DNA from: Chrysomallon squamiferum | Lineage: Eukaryota; Animalia; Mollusca | Direction: 5' to 3' | DNA: 64,000 nt | Assembly: GCA_012295275.1 (NCBI GenBank) | Contig: CM022665.1 | Span: 29,698,001-29,762,000 of the forward strand | Part shown: positions 1-15,660 of the stretch, in pieces | Numbering within the stretch: position 1 is the stretch's first letter | Layout of the letters: every line of letters starts with the position of its first letter | Made by a program: the position numbers and the translations under genes | The notes under the pieces: model-generated | Databases searched by the model: none | Seen by the model: the letters and a program-made list of their open reading frames with translations, nothing else | What the model was told of the DNA's origin: nothing

Positions 1-138
1 TCTGTACTAGTGTAACAGACATGTGCACATAGCTACATGATGTCTATCGTAGCAGCCATTTTTGCAGTAACTGTATAGTCTTAATAATAGAAACGTGTAG
101 ATAATACTGATTGGTTTTCTGAGCATTTCAAATAATCT

Positions 139-312
139 ATAATAATAATAAATAATAATAATAATAACAATGATAATGATAATAAATATAACAATAATAA
201 TAAATATACTAATAATTACAACAACAACAACAATTGTAATAACAATAATAATAATAACAATAACAACAACAACAACAACAATAATAATAATAACAATAAC
301 AATAATAATAAT
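139..312. repeat. (AAT)n/(AAC)n compound microsatellite
   Basis: Directly visible. Confidence 0.9.
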
Positions 313-3300
313 ACACTGGATCCTCTTGGTAGAAAAGAAAATATTTAAATCAGAAAATTATATTAATAACAAGTATTTTAAAATTCGTTAATAAATAAAA
401 AGATTGAAACTGAAGTAGTTTCATAGATTGTTATATACAATGCACTTCTAAGTAAATTGAACATTTTATTTTTCAGATTGTTCGTCATCTAATCAATGAA
501 AAATACAATAGGAAAATATTTATCTTAGCCAACAAAGCTCAAATAGTTCGAAATTCGTTGCAATTAGAGCATTATTTGGTTGAAAAAGAATACAGTTTTA
601 CAGTTGATGTTATTTGTCATTTATATTATGATTTGTTAACGTGGGTTTGTATGTATGTATGTGTGGCTTGTATTGATTGACTTGATGAACAACATGAGTG
701 ACTACGCATCTAACCAACCTAGCGTCCAAAGAAAATAAACAAAACAAAAACACTCATTGTTAATTATAATATTATTACCTGTTCGAAACTGGATGATATT
801 ATACTCCTTTAATCTCTTTGATGTTTCTTTTACAGATAGCATATAATCTTCACCAACTCATTTGCACTTAATATATATATAAAAAAATATTTTGTAAATT
901 AAATGTGGATATTATTACTCAGTGAAATGTCATGTTGAAAAACTATTTGTGTTTTGGTCTCAAGTTGTTTTGATCGTTTAAGAGCAGTGATTAAAAACTC
1001 CACGTTTTGGAGTAATTGGCTGTAACACATTCGCAATCCAAAAAAGACGCTATTGTTTGCCGAGTGTTATTTAAGATTCCGGGTTTTTTTTTTTTTTTTT
1101 TTTTTTCTTGTGTCCTCTCATGCGGAAGCTTAGGAAATTGTTTTAATTATATAGAAGTAGTGCAGAAAGTTCGCATATTCACCAGTAAATACCAAACGGA
1201 AATCCAGATGCATAGTTTGATGGAATTCTTTTCTTTTTTGTAATGATAGAATACCGGTAAAATGTCAGATCGAAACCAGATAAAATAGTTAATAAAAATA
1301 GCCTGAAGATAATATAGATAGATATATAGATAAATAGATAGTTAGATAGATAGATAGATAGGTAGGTAGGTAGGTAGATAGATAGATAGACAGACAGATA
1401 GATAGATAGATAGATGTATAGATATTAACTTTTGAATTAAGCAAAGCAACACCAAACGGAATATTAAAATAATGACATAATATTGTGCGAATATTTTTCT
1501 TCCTTACTTCGGTTTATTTCATTCAAGTACGTTTTCTAGTAAACACTTTATTGATCTGAGCGTCAGACAAAACACTTAAATCACAAGAACACTTTGCCTT
1601 TAATAGCTTTTATCCTTGGACGAGCCATTCAGTTTAGACTCTACACTAACGACTTAACCTGACAAACTGCAAGAAATTAAAACTCTTAAGTTATCGAGTT
1701 AACTTCATCTACGCTGGTTTGACAACGTCGTGACAATGGCGGTTTCCAACGTCTTTCGATAAACCATTTAAAAATCTGCTATCTGCACGCCTCTCGTCAG
1801 ACGCTGAAATCTGATTGTTTCAATTTCCGTACAGAGTTGAGAAGTTCATTGTCAATGTAAATGTCCGAAGATACACAAACACACTCACATACTTATAAAA
1901 AGAAAGATGTACACAAATGTGTACGTTCCCAGTTGTTCAAATCAACGCACACATAGACAGCCACAGCATTCTCATTTAGATACAGGTTTTCATTTCTCGA
2001 CATACACTCTAAAAACACTAACAAACCTTCTGCAAAGCAAACACACTCGTGCAAAAATAAACGCAAACGCTATATAAACACAGTTCCAATAGATACAAAT
2101 TTGACATGCTCACTATACAAGATAAAAAAAAAAAAACCAAACAAACAAAACAAATACGTACACACTCGTACATCTTCCTAACCTCCAGTAATAGACAATG
2201 TTATTTCCAAAATCAATAACAATTTACTTGAAAAACATCTTCCGTCTTTTCCTGTTATTACTATTATTATTATTATTCCTCTGTATGTTTGTCAGTGTGT
2301 GTGTGTGTGTCAGTCGCTTTGTCTTATCGGAAACAGGGATTAAAATATACAAAACTTCATAGAAAAGAGAATGCAACTTGGGAAAATCCTTATTTCTAAC
2401 GCGAAGTAAAAATAAATAATATAATCAATTTTCCATTAATATAATTTTCTCAAAATGGACTTGAATATATAAATATGTGCATATATATATATGGCAGTTA
2501 TATGGTTTGAACGTTTTTCATAAGCACAGTTTCGCTCCATTGCTTAAAAGTGATTAAAATATTAATAAATGGATTGTAGTGTATATACTAATTTTAGGAA
2601 ATTGCAGATTCATTCATTTAATGAAGTGTTCCTTATCTCTCTCTATCACATACACACACACACACACTACAGAAACATAAACACACACACACGCTCATAA
2701 ACACACACACGCACATATATAAACACACACACACGGCCACACATTCACACGGTTTTAAAACAGATGGCGCACACAGCCCTATAAATATAAATACCTGAAT
2801 ATCTTATTTGTATCTTAACTTCAAAGTGCTCTGAAGTGCAGATTTCTCACACATTTTGCTCACGAACTACTAACAGAACTAAAGTTTACAGCCACGAAAG
2901 CAACCCTCTGATACAGTTCAGAGTTAGAGCTGAAAATATGATTAGTTCTTGACCGCTGCTACAGCCGATCTCCAGATTGTGAAAAATGTTCTGTGAAGTA
3001 GTCAAGAATCAGTAGTTAATGTCATACTAATATGATCTTTAGAAGCGCAGTTCCAACAATAGCAGAAATTAGCAGTGAAGCGTACCAAAAAAACTACAAA
3101 CTCCCAATAGATGGGTGATAAGTATTCAGGATGAGACCAATTAGGTGCGCAATAATGCCATGTTTTCAAGGCAAATGAAAGCTAGAGAGCTTTTCTGGGT
3201 TCTTCACATCTCTTACTTCTCGCCTGTGGGAATGAAATGCTTAGTTTTTGGTAAACAGTTTTTGTAATTACTAGAGATTTTTAAAGCTGCTTTTCTTTTC

Positions 3301-6300
3301 CTTATTTTAAACAATGTTAAGTTTTCTTCATCATATTCCACTTTTTTTTTTTTTTTTTTTAAATCTTGCATCACTGCTGTTTTAAACATACTAACAGATC
3401 TTTAAAACAAATCGCAAAAAAAGTGCCAGATCCAGAATTTCAGAAAAAGACAAAAAAAAAAATATATATATATTTTTGATGAATATAAGTTTCAAAAAGA
3501 AATAAGCTTGATCAAATTAATCAATGAAATATCTTTGAAATTTGTCGGTCACGAATAATGAGAGTTCATACAAAATTTACTTCCAGTAAATTCGAGATAA
3601 AGTCACCAAGGCAAAGTCTGTATATCTTTGTCATTATGGCATTTCAAGAGTAAACGTAGGAGATATCATTCTTAAAGGTAGCTGTTATTGTTTGTTTGTT
3701 TTCTGTGAAGTATTTCCAGCATCATACAGTTTTGGTAAGTTATTCGAACTCAAATATATTTGTCCCTGACTTCACTTTTGACTAATGATGACTGTTTGCA
3801 TCGTGACCTGTCTCCATTCTCTTCAAGCAAATCGGTGGTTCGTGTCATTACTTTATACTGTTATTGCAAAAGAACAAAAATAAAATGTCCATCAGCTGCC
3901 TAATCCGCGACTTGAAAAAGTCCGTCAAACGCCCTTATGTGTTTATTTTGCAAATGTCACGAACACATATCTCGTTATTAGTGGTGACCTATCCACCATT
4001 ACTTCTTTATTCATCATTTCTTTTTCATAGCTGGTTCTGTCAGTCTAGTCCTCATTTAGTTCTATTTATGTGTCCTTTTTTCAAGCTTAGCTAAATTTTT
4101 CTAAAGCACGTACAAAATATTTTAAGCTTGTTTATTAAGGCACTTTTCACTAATATATGGTTTCAAGTAAACAAAATAAAACCAGGATATGTTTATCAGG
4201 TAGCAAGTTAAAAAATCTCTGCTAAATACATTGTCCATTCACAAAAATATAGTAGCAGAAACGATTTATAATAATCATATTTCTATTTATACTGTAATGG
4301 TAAGAAAGATGTATGTTAAAGGACGGTAATTATATTTAGCCTGTGGCCTTGAATCGAAATGACAGTATGAATATATATATATATAAAAGTTCAGGCACGA
4401 TTTGCGAAATCTGTCTTCGGCTGATTCTCTTACGAAATCATAACTGATCCCATGGCAAGCATTCTTGAAAAGTTCTGTGCTGGAAACTTGCTGAAAAATA
4501 AGAAATAAAATGCACTGGTTTATCTTCTTTCTTTTTTTTAAAGAGATTCCGATAGCACCGTCTTTTGAAATATTTCGGGGTTGCTAATCTTTCCGTTAAA
4601 AACATTCCAAGAAAAAACTCGCCCTTTAAGGTTCAAACGTCTGATAAATCGCTTCAAAACTGAAAAAAAAAAAAAAAAAAATAAAAAATAAATAAATCAC
4701 AGACAATTACTCCAACTGTGAAAACAGACTGGAATAAATTTTGTCATTTCTCTAACTGCAGTTAAAATATTTAGGTATAATTTATTGTGAATTTTATTTT
4801 ATTTTATTTTTTTTTAAGTGTGTTTTTATATCTTTTTATATTATGAATAATATTTTTAAAATATATAACAGGTCTCCGATTAAAATTAATTTTCAGGAAT
4901 GTTTTTATTATTATTAATATTATTGTTGTTGTTGTCTAAAAATAATATATAACTCGACCTGAATCAAAATTTTTTAACATCGCGAAAAATTTGTTTTGTT
5001 ATTTTTTCCCTTACTTTTAATAGCTATAATCATGAATTCTGATGCATAAAAGTAAGGCAAGAAGCTGATACAAGATGCGGAAGGGTTTATTTAGTATCAG
5101 ATGACTTGAACTTAGAGACACAGAAATTACCACAAATGATGGATTTCGTTATTAAACGAGCATTAAGAATCTGCTTTGCCTTTATTTAGTAAAAATGAAA
5201 ACATGTTATTTAGAAAGTTGCAACGAAGAATTTGATAGAATTGACTGAAGTGTCAAGTTGGAAATCAACTGTGATGAAATACGTATTAGTATTTAGTGGC
5301 AAATTTTTGGATCGAATTAATATAATTTAATTACATTAGAGTCTTTGTTTATTTGAATAATTGGTATCGTCTGCTTTTAAGTGCACTTTTGTTATTACAT
5401 TTTGTAGAGGTCTACTTAATTATTGTTTTGTCTTTGGAAAGCAGAACGGGTTATAATTTTGAAATGTTAATTATCTTCTATGTACCATTCAGCAAAAACT
5501 CTTTACAGTTGAATTTTAAGTTTATACAATTACCTTTTGAAAAAGGTTTTCCTTCTGTTTCCATACAGCCATGCTTATTTATTAATAGCAAAAACGATGT
5601 TTCATTGATCAAAGTAATAATTATTTTTGTCTGTATAGTTGTATTTTCAGTACGATATCTCTGATGATATCCTTTTATAACAGATCTATGATATCGTTTA
5701 ACGACTGCATGTATGAAGACGAACTACATTTTTTTTTTCTCTCGCTCTCAATTTTGGATTAAAGCTAAATACATTAACTACAACAGAGTAGTCCATACTT
5801 GGTGGTCTGCAAATGTAATTGCCCTCTGCACAAGATTGGATTTGGAGCGCGAATTGTTCGTGTCCGAGGAAATTGAAATTTGACAGTTTATGGTGGCCTG
5901 TGAGATTAGATTGAAATCCTGTGCTGTAATCAAGTCCCCTTTACACATGTAAATACTAAAAGTGTTCTGCCATTTTGCCGACAACCACGATGTTCAATTG
6001 GTTGTATTCATCCGCGATTGTCGATTCTCTAACACCAGACGACCTATCATCGATAATCGTGTGTTTTCGCAACTTCAATAAACGAACGCTCTGACATCTT
6101 AAGAAAACAGGAAAACAAAGAATTAATAGAAGAAGTGTTCGTTAATTTCCATAAAAATCGTGGAAGCAAATCGATTCTGATTCAGATCTGTTCACGACAG
6201 TAATGTGTCTGATTTGATGTTTTTGTTAGTATTTTTTTTTTTTCTGTTTTTATTTATTATTTATTTATTTTATAATCAGAATCAAACAATTTGCAATTTT

Positions 6301-9300
6301 CTAATAAACGAAAAAGATTAAAGCAGTTAATTAATGCTTAAAATAAATATTTTTAGTTATTCATTATATTTAAAAGAAATTTAATATAATAATACAAAAA
6401 ACAAGTGAAAACAAACTTTTATTGCTTCTTTCGTGATACATATAATAATATACACTCTCTAAATAACTATTTATTTTTAAAGAAGAAGAAGACAAATTTC
6501 GGCAGCCGAAAATTAATAACATTTTCATGTCAGTATTCCAAGTAATTTTGTTGACAGTGAATCACCAAAAAATATCTTATATTTGGATAACGCTATCACG
6601 TCTAACCGAAATAACCACTTATAAAAATAATTCTAGCTGAAGTAACTTAGAAAATTTGCACTAGTCGCAGTGATGAGATTTCGTAGATGCTATTAGTTTG
6701 AACATTCTAATGTTACTCATCCTACGGGCTTTTCTACAGATACTAAAGTCTGTTAATGTATCTAGTTTAGAGGTGATAAACTATCGCAGTAATATAGAAT
6801 AACCTCTTTACTTGAAAGTGGAAATATCGACTTGTCCAGGATTTTGTTTTTGTTTGTTCTTCATCACACCAACGCCAACCTATTCGTCATTCAGTTTTTA
6901 ATTTAAGACCTATATGTAGACGATTGACGATCCCAGACTATGTGTCTTGAGTTCAAAATAAATAAATTCTTTAAAGTATGTTTACTTACGCTGAGAGGAT
7001 AAAACACGCATGTCAATATAGCGGTTGTCTGTCCACGTCAGTGTTAGTGTATTACGCAATTAGTAATAGAAAAGAGAGACTTGAGTGGTTTGACATCTTT
7101 GCTGTTACCTCAGGACAATCGAAATGTGACCCTAGAAACCACTGGTTGTTGTTATGTGCTGAAACGTACGTTAATATGCCTATGTACGTGACATTTAGGC
7201 ATGTGTTTTTACAAAGGCGATCATTAACAATGTACGTCAACATGCCAACATGACGCTGTTCTCTCTTTTCAGCCAGTGATTAACCAAATACCAGCACAGT
7301 TTAATATGTCTCCGCTATTTAGAGACAACAACAGTTCACATTTAATTACTTTCGTAGACATTTACTTCCGTTCATTATCAAGAGAATAAAGTTTTCCTTT
7401 GAGAATAAAATAAATATTATTCACGTACTGGAACCAAATTCAACGCCAGATTTGAAGTCTAAATATGACAAATGTGTGATGGAATATTAATGAAATATTT
7501 GATAATAAGATAATTTGATATCTAATATATGTCAGAACATTTTATGTGTTCATGTTATATTATCAGTATGTACACTACATCATCAGTAATGTACACAGAT
7601 GTTATTTATAAGGTAAACATTACTCAGAATGGCATAATCAACTCAAACAATTGTCATTCAACAATGACTGTATTCGATATGATGAGCATGTCATGGGTTT
7701 GATCTCTGACATATCAGGACTCATATAAATAAGAAAAACCGTGAGAATCTGAAAATAATGTTTCATATATTGAAAGGATTTATTAACTGTGTATGTGTCG
7801 ATCTGTTCTCACTATGCAAAAGATTACCTAATTGTAGTTGCATGTGTACTTTCTTTTTAATATAGTCTTTTCATTATTCTAATTCTAGTAATCCCAGCTT
7901 CTTGTATGGAGTTTTTGCCCAACAGAATATTAATAAGACGGTTAATGTACGATTAACCACGGGACCGTCTACATACGAGTCACTACAGTGTTGATTAATA
8001 GAACCGATAAACGTATGTGATCCTTTACTCCTACGCCTACATATTCACAATAACATAAATCACACCTTATCACAAAATGACGTGGAGATCTGTAAATTAA
8101 AACAGTTATTATTACTGACACCAGGCTGACTGTTTTAGATTTAAGAGTAGCCCAGTTTCTGTCGGATGTAAAACGAATCGAAATCAAATAGCACCATCAC
8201 GCAGTTTTAAATTAAAACTTAATAAAAGTTTGGGTGATAAACCTAAATAAAACTTGTTAAAACTTAGGACTCAAACCTCATTCAACCATTTTAAAATTTA
8301 GACCATCAGCATATATAAATCAGATTTACAGGATCGGGCTATATAATCGACACTTTGATATACTTTCATTCAGTTGTAGGTGAAATCAGAATTTTTTCAT
8401 AAATATTGAATATTTATGACGCGGTCATTTGAATTTTCTCACCCGAGCAACAACAAAACACAGTTGTGGGAACCAAACCAGTTTTATGTCTGAAGGATAG
8501 TCTGACAAGAAAAATGCAAGTTTTTAGAAAAGTTCACGTTTTTCACTCTTCAAAAAGTTGGCCATGCAATCTGGAGCGTTTAAAGACCGTAATCACATAA
8601 ACCCAGCTACTTTATTAATTTATATATCTAGGAAACTATGATTACTGCTGTTATTTGCACCATTAACTCGAAAGGTTTAGGCTCCTGGACGTTTTTACTC
8701 ATAAATCAAGACTCTGGTAATTGCGATTTCGCCAATAAAAATGGGAACACTATCTCTGTGTTGCCAGTTATGAACTATTTACAAATTTGTTAACTGGTTT
8801 GCGTGGTGTTTTCGTGATGTATTATTGTACTTACCTTTGATCATTTGATAGAGTGATTACAGTATGAAAGTATCGAACTGAAAGACCACAAAGTACAGTT
8901 AATTAACCGTATTAATAAATATTATTTTACAAAAAGGATAAATGCGTAAGCATGGTAATTAAGGATTATTAATTGTAAAACGCAGGACAACTATATTTTT
9001 CCATGATTACAAAGATTATATTTTATTTTAAATATTTTAAAATTATAATCCTATTTGAAAGACTTATATAGGAGACTGACTAAAAACAAATAATCAATGC
9101 TCGCCAATTTATTAGTTATGAAGTAACAGATTACTACTGTATTTTTAAAATTTGTTATTGACAAAACATGACAGAAATGGAACATTCACACAAACATAAA
9201 AACACATAAACTATCATGTATACATATACATAGACTCAACATAAATTCACATAAAAAGACACAAAAGCTCTAATTAAAGACACTAAAAGACACACACACA

Positions 9301-11344
9301 TACATAGTCTTTCACAGAACATCACATTCCTACTTTTTTTTCAATAACAAATAATATATAGTTTAATAACATTTATATATTAAACGTGCATATCATAATG
9401 TTCCCTAATTGCCAGTTGATGGATTCGAAACAAAGTACCAGTTTTTATGTACACTAAGTCGTGAATATTTAAACAGCAGTTCATGATATTAGCATTTAAT
9501 CGTAAATGATTAAGATTCATATCATCTTTCACTGCGACATGACATGACGTTTTTCAAAGTTTTCATTTCCTTTATTACAAAAACTAACAAGATTTTCAGA
9601 AATCTAATTAGCAGTTAGAGGTTTTCTTAATCCCTGCAGGATTAAAAAACGAAAGAAAACTAATAGAATAATCCTAAGGGATTGATAAGTGATAATACCG
9701 TTTAATCTTTTTAGAGAATTTAATAAACCAAAGCATGTGATTCTACATAAGGGAATATTAATATTAACGAACCCTTAAAAAGAATACTAATTTACTAATT
9801 TTGTTTTCAACACAAACATCCACCGTGGGAGAGTAAATCTATCAAGATGATAAATATGTTTACCGTATCAAGCATTTTCTTTTTCCAGCAACATATGCAT
9901 CATTTTTTGCTTTTCGTTTCATTTCCATGTTTTCGTTGTCTGAAATATTCAAAAAGACCGTTGTTTTTGTGCTGTGCCATACCTTTCTTTCCTGCATATA
10001 AAATATCCATTGCCGTTAATAGATAAGATAGTCCATGGAATGTATGTATGTATGTATGTCTCAGTTTGTGTTTGTGTCATATAATATATGAGTGTATTTG
10101 TTTGCGTTTGCGTGAATGCGTGCGTGTGTGCATAAGTGGCTATACATGCCATTATACAGAAATATGCCAAATTCCTGAGGGAATATTAATTAACCAAATC
10201 CTTGTACGGGCCTAATCACGGAAAAATCTACATCTTAAGCATCTGACCACAACTTCCAATTTAGTTTGTTTAATTATATAAGGCGGAAGAAAAACAAATT
10301 TGTTATTTTCTCTTTTCTCATGAATAATGCAAGATTCTTCCTGCACTTTTATCACGTTTTTATCAGGGATTGCTCATAACAGAAAATATGCATACATGCA
10401 GAAATCATTGATTGTCGAAAGAACTCCAGTTTTGCTTTGAATACAGAAAGATAATCGTCTAATATAAATTACAGCCCTGAACATGTGGTTTGTGTGTGCC
10501 GTGTACTTTAACCGACATACCTGTGAAATGATCTAAACAGCCCGCCGGTGACCATTAAAACTAAGTGGATAACATCATTACAGAACAGTTAATGTCTCCC
10601 AAGAAATAAAAAAGAATTTTTCTGATGCCAACAGCGACGAATTAACACGTAAATGGAGTTTTAATCGCCTGTAGTTGATACCTAATAATTTCTTTTGCCT
10701 GATTAACAAAGCAGATGTCATCAACAAAACAGATGCCATTATCGAATATATGAATAAATGTTTTCTGCTTTGTGTATGTATGTTGGAGATCATATTACTT
10801 TGTATTGTAGTTAAATTAATGTATTATTTTTTTTTTCTTCATGATTATAGATAAATAATAACACAGTTTATTTCAAATTTCTATCAGTTTAGCACGGCAA
10901 TGTTTATGCAATAATGTCTTTTTCATGGAGATATGATAACGTTTCATAAAAATATGATCATAAATTTACTACATATTATTATTCTAATTTAAACAAGCTT
11001 TTGCGATAAATATCAAATATTTTTATTTTAAACTGTGAGTGTGTAGGCGAGAATTAAAAAGCTGTTTATTTTAAAACCGATAATTATTAATCAGATTATG
11101 TTCTGTGAATGTTACTCACCCAGCGTCAAACTAATGCAAATATCCCGGATTTACAAGATCTTCACTGTTTCGAAAATGTTAACTCTTGTTCTGTTTTATT
11201 GTTGTTGTGTTAACAAACTTAAAACAATGAAAAAGATAATATTATGAGCTGAAGATCAGTCATTTCAGTTTGGTAGAATTGTCACCAGTTTCAGTGCATT
11301 TGATCCCTGAATTTCCATTGACTGTGTCATCGAATAACAGTGAT

Positions 11345-11430
11345 GGATATTTTGCATTATATCACGGCCTATGATAAACCTATCGCGGAGCGGTTATTAG
11401 AACGGGAAATCGCACTGGATTACCACGAAG
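11345..11430 (-). mobile_element. Fragment of the same SINE family (5' part of the Meta-like core)
   Basis: Reverse complement ATTTCCCGTTCTAATAACCGCTCCGCGATAGGTTTATCATAGGCCGTGATAT resembles the recalled consensus ATTTCTCGTTCCAGCCAGTGCTCCACGACTGGTATATCAAAGGCCGTGGTAT. Confidence 0.45.
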
Positions 11431-12039
11431 CAATATTCACTTAAATAATAAAAGAAAAAGTATGAGGAGTATGCCTTTGGGAGAAAGGCACTGTAGCAAA
11501 TGGAGCGTACTGTTATTAATAAAATTATTTTTGCTAAAAAAAAAAAACACACCAAAAAACATTCCATTTCGTTCTCTCATGTGCAGTCGACCTGATATAA
11601 TATTTTGTTATAAATCTAGTTTTTAAAAAAAAGACAAATTTAGTCGGTTCATAAAACACAGCCGATAATATTCATAACCTGTGACTGAGGAGGCATGGTT
11701 TCAGACAGATGCTTGAATCAGTAGCGATAGTGAACCTTATTAGTTACACTTGTAGAGAAATGGATATATATTTACCAAAATACTTATGAATCAAAATTAC
11801 ATCTTATATTCATTTTAACAGTCAGCTTAAAAAGCCTAGATCAGCATGTACACACTTTTATACTGTCAGAAAAAATTAATTACAGATGTAATTAACTTTC
11901 GTATAGCAGCCATTTCAATACTAATTAACTAAGACCGTCAACAAGATTTGCATGTCTTTTCTTGTCTAAACCACCCTTTGTATTTTGATAGCCATTGTCA
12001 TTTACAATGACGAAAGGCTGACCATGATGGAAGTCTTCA

Positions 12040-12530
12040 GATTATAAAGTTTCATTGCCCAGAAGGGGGTTGTTAGAAGATCTGCCCTGGCCAGCCCGGG
12101 GACAGAGTCGTGCTGTGTATGCTGTTACGCACAGTGCTAGTTAGACCAAAAGGGTTCCATTGATGTTCACCCCCGCCTAGAATTATAGTTAATTGAGCAC
12201 CGTAAGCAACGAACCTTTTCGAGACAGTACGAGCATCTCTTTCTTGAATGCCTGTGTCAAAATGTCAGTGTATTTTAGGATGATTTGTCTGACAGTACAA
12301 CTCTGGTCAGCTGCTGAAGACCTACTGAAGATGCCCGACCATGTGTGTGTTCAAGTAGCGATATCGTATCTATGTCATGTAACTGTATTTCTCCTTCAAC
12401 GAGTTTATGTATCATCCTTAATATCGTTTTTAGTGTGGTTAATGATTTGTTATATCAAATTAATATGTGGACATGAATAAATATGTAAAGAAAAAAATGA
12501 ATGAATGGCTGAATACAAGAATATGAATGA
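12040..12530 (+). mobile_element. Possible decayed 3' end of a non-LTR retrotransposon (LINE)
   Basis: Locally GC-richer. With a 1-nt frameshift, 12221-12251 reads ETVEHLFLEC, like the C-terminal CCHC knuckle of LINE ORF2. Followed by AATAAA, an A-run and a (TGAA)n-like tail at ~12476-12530. Confidence 0.35.
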
Positions 12531-15109
12531 GTAAACGTATCAGTTGGTTGATGATGAATGAATACTACTAATGCAAACACAGGTTTTAGAGAATTGTGAT
12601 AGAAAAATAATAATAATTTGATTTTACGTTTAAATATCTGGACTGTGTATATGTTCCTCCACAGCGAAACAACTAATTTTTTTTTTTTTAAATATTTAAA
12701 ATTGACCTATACTGCAAATTAGGATTTAAAATTCCATGTTTTCCCCTTTTCTATTTAATTGTTTCCACAAATAACCACGGATTTGAATCATTTTATAAAA
12801 CTAATTTTAAACTTAAATTATGTCCTATAAATTACAAGAATATTTTAAACTAAAATGTGGGCGACTTGGTAAATTACTATCCAAAAGACATCCATCAAAA
12901 ATGCAATGTCAAAAATACAAATAAGTACTTCATTTAATTTTTTTTGCCCATAAGGTAATGTGTTTTTTTTTCTTCTTTTGCGCATGTATTTCTTTAAATA
13001 TTCATTTCTATGCAATCCAGAGTCATACAAAGACTCGATTCTATTTTTACAAACTAAAGAATCTGCCAATCAAACAGCGGCAGGTTGTCTTGTGTGGAAA
13101 TTAAAAAAAATAAATAAAAAACTTTACGAAAAAGTTCGATACTTTAGATTATTTAGAACTGCTATATTTCAGAATCCAGACCAATATGTCATGCTGTTTA
13201 AATCTTTACCCAATCTAATCATGGACAGGCGACCTTCTGTCAAATGGAATGGAAAACACGCAGATCAGAGCTGTCGTTGTGTTGTTGCTGATTATATGTA
13301 ATCTGTTTATAGATCTGAAGTCTTTGTAACATCACAAATACAAGACAGGTGAATACGGGAAGAATTGCAAAAACATCTATAACATCTATATATATATAAA
13401 ACCATTTGTGATATTTCGTTATAATGCAGAAATAAATACATATTTTTAAATTATAAAATGATATTTTTGTTTCGCGTTTTGTCAGTATTTTGTATTCCTA
13501 TAAAATAGACAAACATTAACATGCATATAAAATACTTGCATGGCAATGATTACAGTGACGCGGTGATAATATTTTGTCATAAGAAGATTAATAATAACTC
13601 CTGAGATTGTTACTCTTTTGTTTTGTTTTAATATAATAATCAATATTTATTTGTAAACATGCTAAAATGGATTTCACGGGTGAATTTCAAGAAACGTTTT
13701 TTGAAGATTCTCTGTAGAAACCTTTTAACGTTCTAGTTCTAGTCATATTTTGGTCTCTGTTCCTCTTTCAAAAGATTTCGATCTCTTTAGTAATTGTATT
13801 ATTTTTTTCACTTTTAAGTATTTTATAAATACTTTTTCTCGTAATAAAATTATCATATTAAGTAAATACAGCTTCTGTTGAAAGGTTAAAGCAGATTTTA
13901 AAAATAAACCATTCCTTTTTTTTTATTCCCTTAATATTTCCTCTTCAGAATTATTGATTTACAATTTAATGTCCTGTGAAAGATTAAGTGGCTTACTGCG
14001 TTTATTTCTTCTGTAATCAAATTTATATCTTTAATAACAGTGCAGGTGTTTTTCTTAAAGGAAGCGGGTATTCATTAATGTCACTTTGCTGTAAATAACC
14101 GATCGTCAATGTTTGATTCTTCTTTTTATTTGAATCTGTATTTGTGAGTAAAATGAAATCACTGATAAATTAAATAAAATAAATCCTAAGTAAAACAGAA
14201 TGCATTGACAGGCTAATACATTTTTTTTTTTTTTTTTTTTTTTTTAAAGTACTCAGTTAAATAAACTGTTAGATATCGAGATAAAATGTGCACATACATA
14301 CAATATATATATATATACATACATAAACGTAGATACATACATTCACACATATTACGTACAAAGATAAAACACATACATACATACATACACATACACCCAA
14401 ATATAAATACACACACAGACGCACACACAAACCAACCCACCCACACACACATATACGTCTCTTTATCATGAGACGAAAACAAATGCAAAGACATGAAAGT
14501 GTAAAGAAGTGGGCGAGCAATAAAGAGGAATATCCGCAAAGCAGTTTTATTTCTTTCTTTCAAATGGCTGCTTTGTCTAGTTGTTAAATATTTGTGACAT
14601 CCGTTTTTATCAAAACAAAATGTAAAATGGTTCCCGCAATAAATTTCTCAAACTTTGCCTCGAGACATGTTTGAAAGTGGAAATACGAACGTTAATGCTC
14701 TTATGAGATTTTGACGAAAATAATCGACGTGTTCTAATTTAATTTGTTTGAAAGAAAATACCTAATAAAAACAAATCTGAAGTGTCAGCAAGTAACACGA
14801 GGAGGTCAAACTGACACTGTGGATTGGAAATGACCATTCGTTTGATTGCATCTTTACTGCAGACGTCACCTTTCATCATTGCTATTCGTCTGTTAATACA
14901 GTTCTTCAGATTCTAATTGAAATACAAGAAAATATACACAACTGCAGACTTACTTTCCGTTTGAATACCTATCGCGTTAGGTTTTATTACATTTTAAAAC
15001 AAATTTAGGGGCTTTTTAAATTTGTTTGTTTTATCAGTTAATCGATTTGCATTAGGGATAATACCTACAAATCGCTGAACGTACAATTCGACTTTCTCTG
15101 TGTCTCACT

Positions 15110-15660
15110 GCCACACTAGACTTTAACTTCACTCTTGTTTCTTTACATGTGAACTCTACTTTCACTCGAACCCAAAGTCAAAAACACATGTCTAAGCTTG
15201 TAAATCAGCATTCACTAAAAACATCTGGGCACTGGCTCTTCAGTAAACGTATAACTTAGCGTTCACCTAGGAAAAAAGTAACAGATATGTTTCACAATGT
15301 GTAATTCAAAATTCATTCAAGAACAAAGTCAGAATCACATTTCTTATCATTTCTTCAAAAATACTGTCGCAGACTCATTGCTAAATCGGTAACTTAGCCT
15401 TCATTCAAGAACATAGAAATACTTCGTAACATTCACTCAAAAATAATTGTCATAGGTATACAGCTAAATGTTTTAATCGACATTCACTTGGATATAATAT
15501 TGTCGTAGATACTTCACCAAACGTGTAACTCAGTTTTCACCTAACAACATTGTTAAATGCATAACTTACTTTTCACTTAGGAACATCATAGTCATAATAC
15601 TTAAGTCAGTATTCTCTCAAGGATATTGCCACAGCCGTGTTCCTAAATATGTAACTAAAA
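15110..15660. repeat. Highly degenerate minisatellite, ~35-55 bp units
   Basis: Recurring motif like aaacgtgtaacttagcattcactcaagaacattgtc, about 10 diverged copies. Confidence 0.55.

Noticed and set aside
170-391. Poly-Ile/Thr, poly-LS, YI/CV and poly-K/N/F ORFs throughout the track (e.g. 170, 14213, 19384, 24062, 51741, 54152)
   Set aside because: Translations of microsatellites and homopolymer runs.
1720-1810. Hammerhead-like CTGACGA...CGAAA...GTC on the - strand
   Set aside because: Stems I and II do not pair and the stem III register is wrong.
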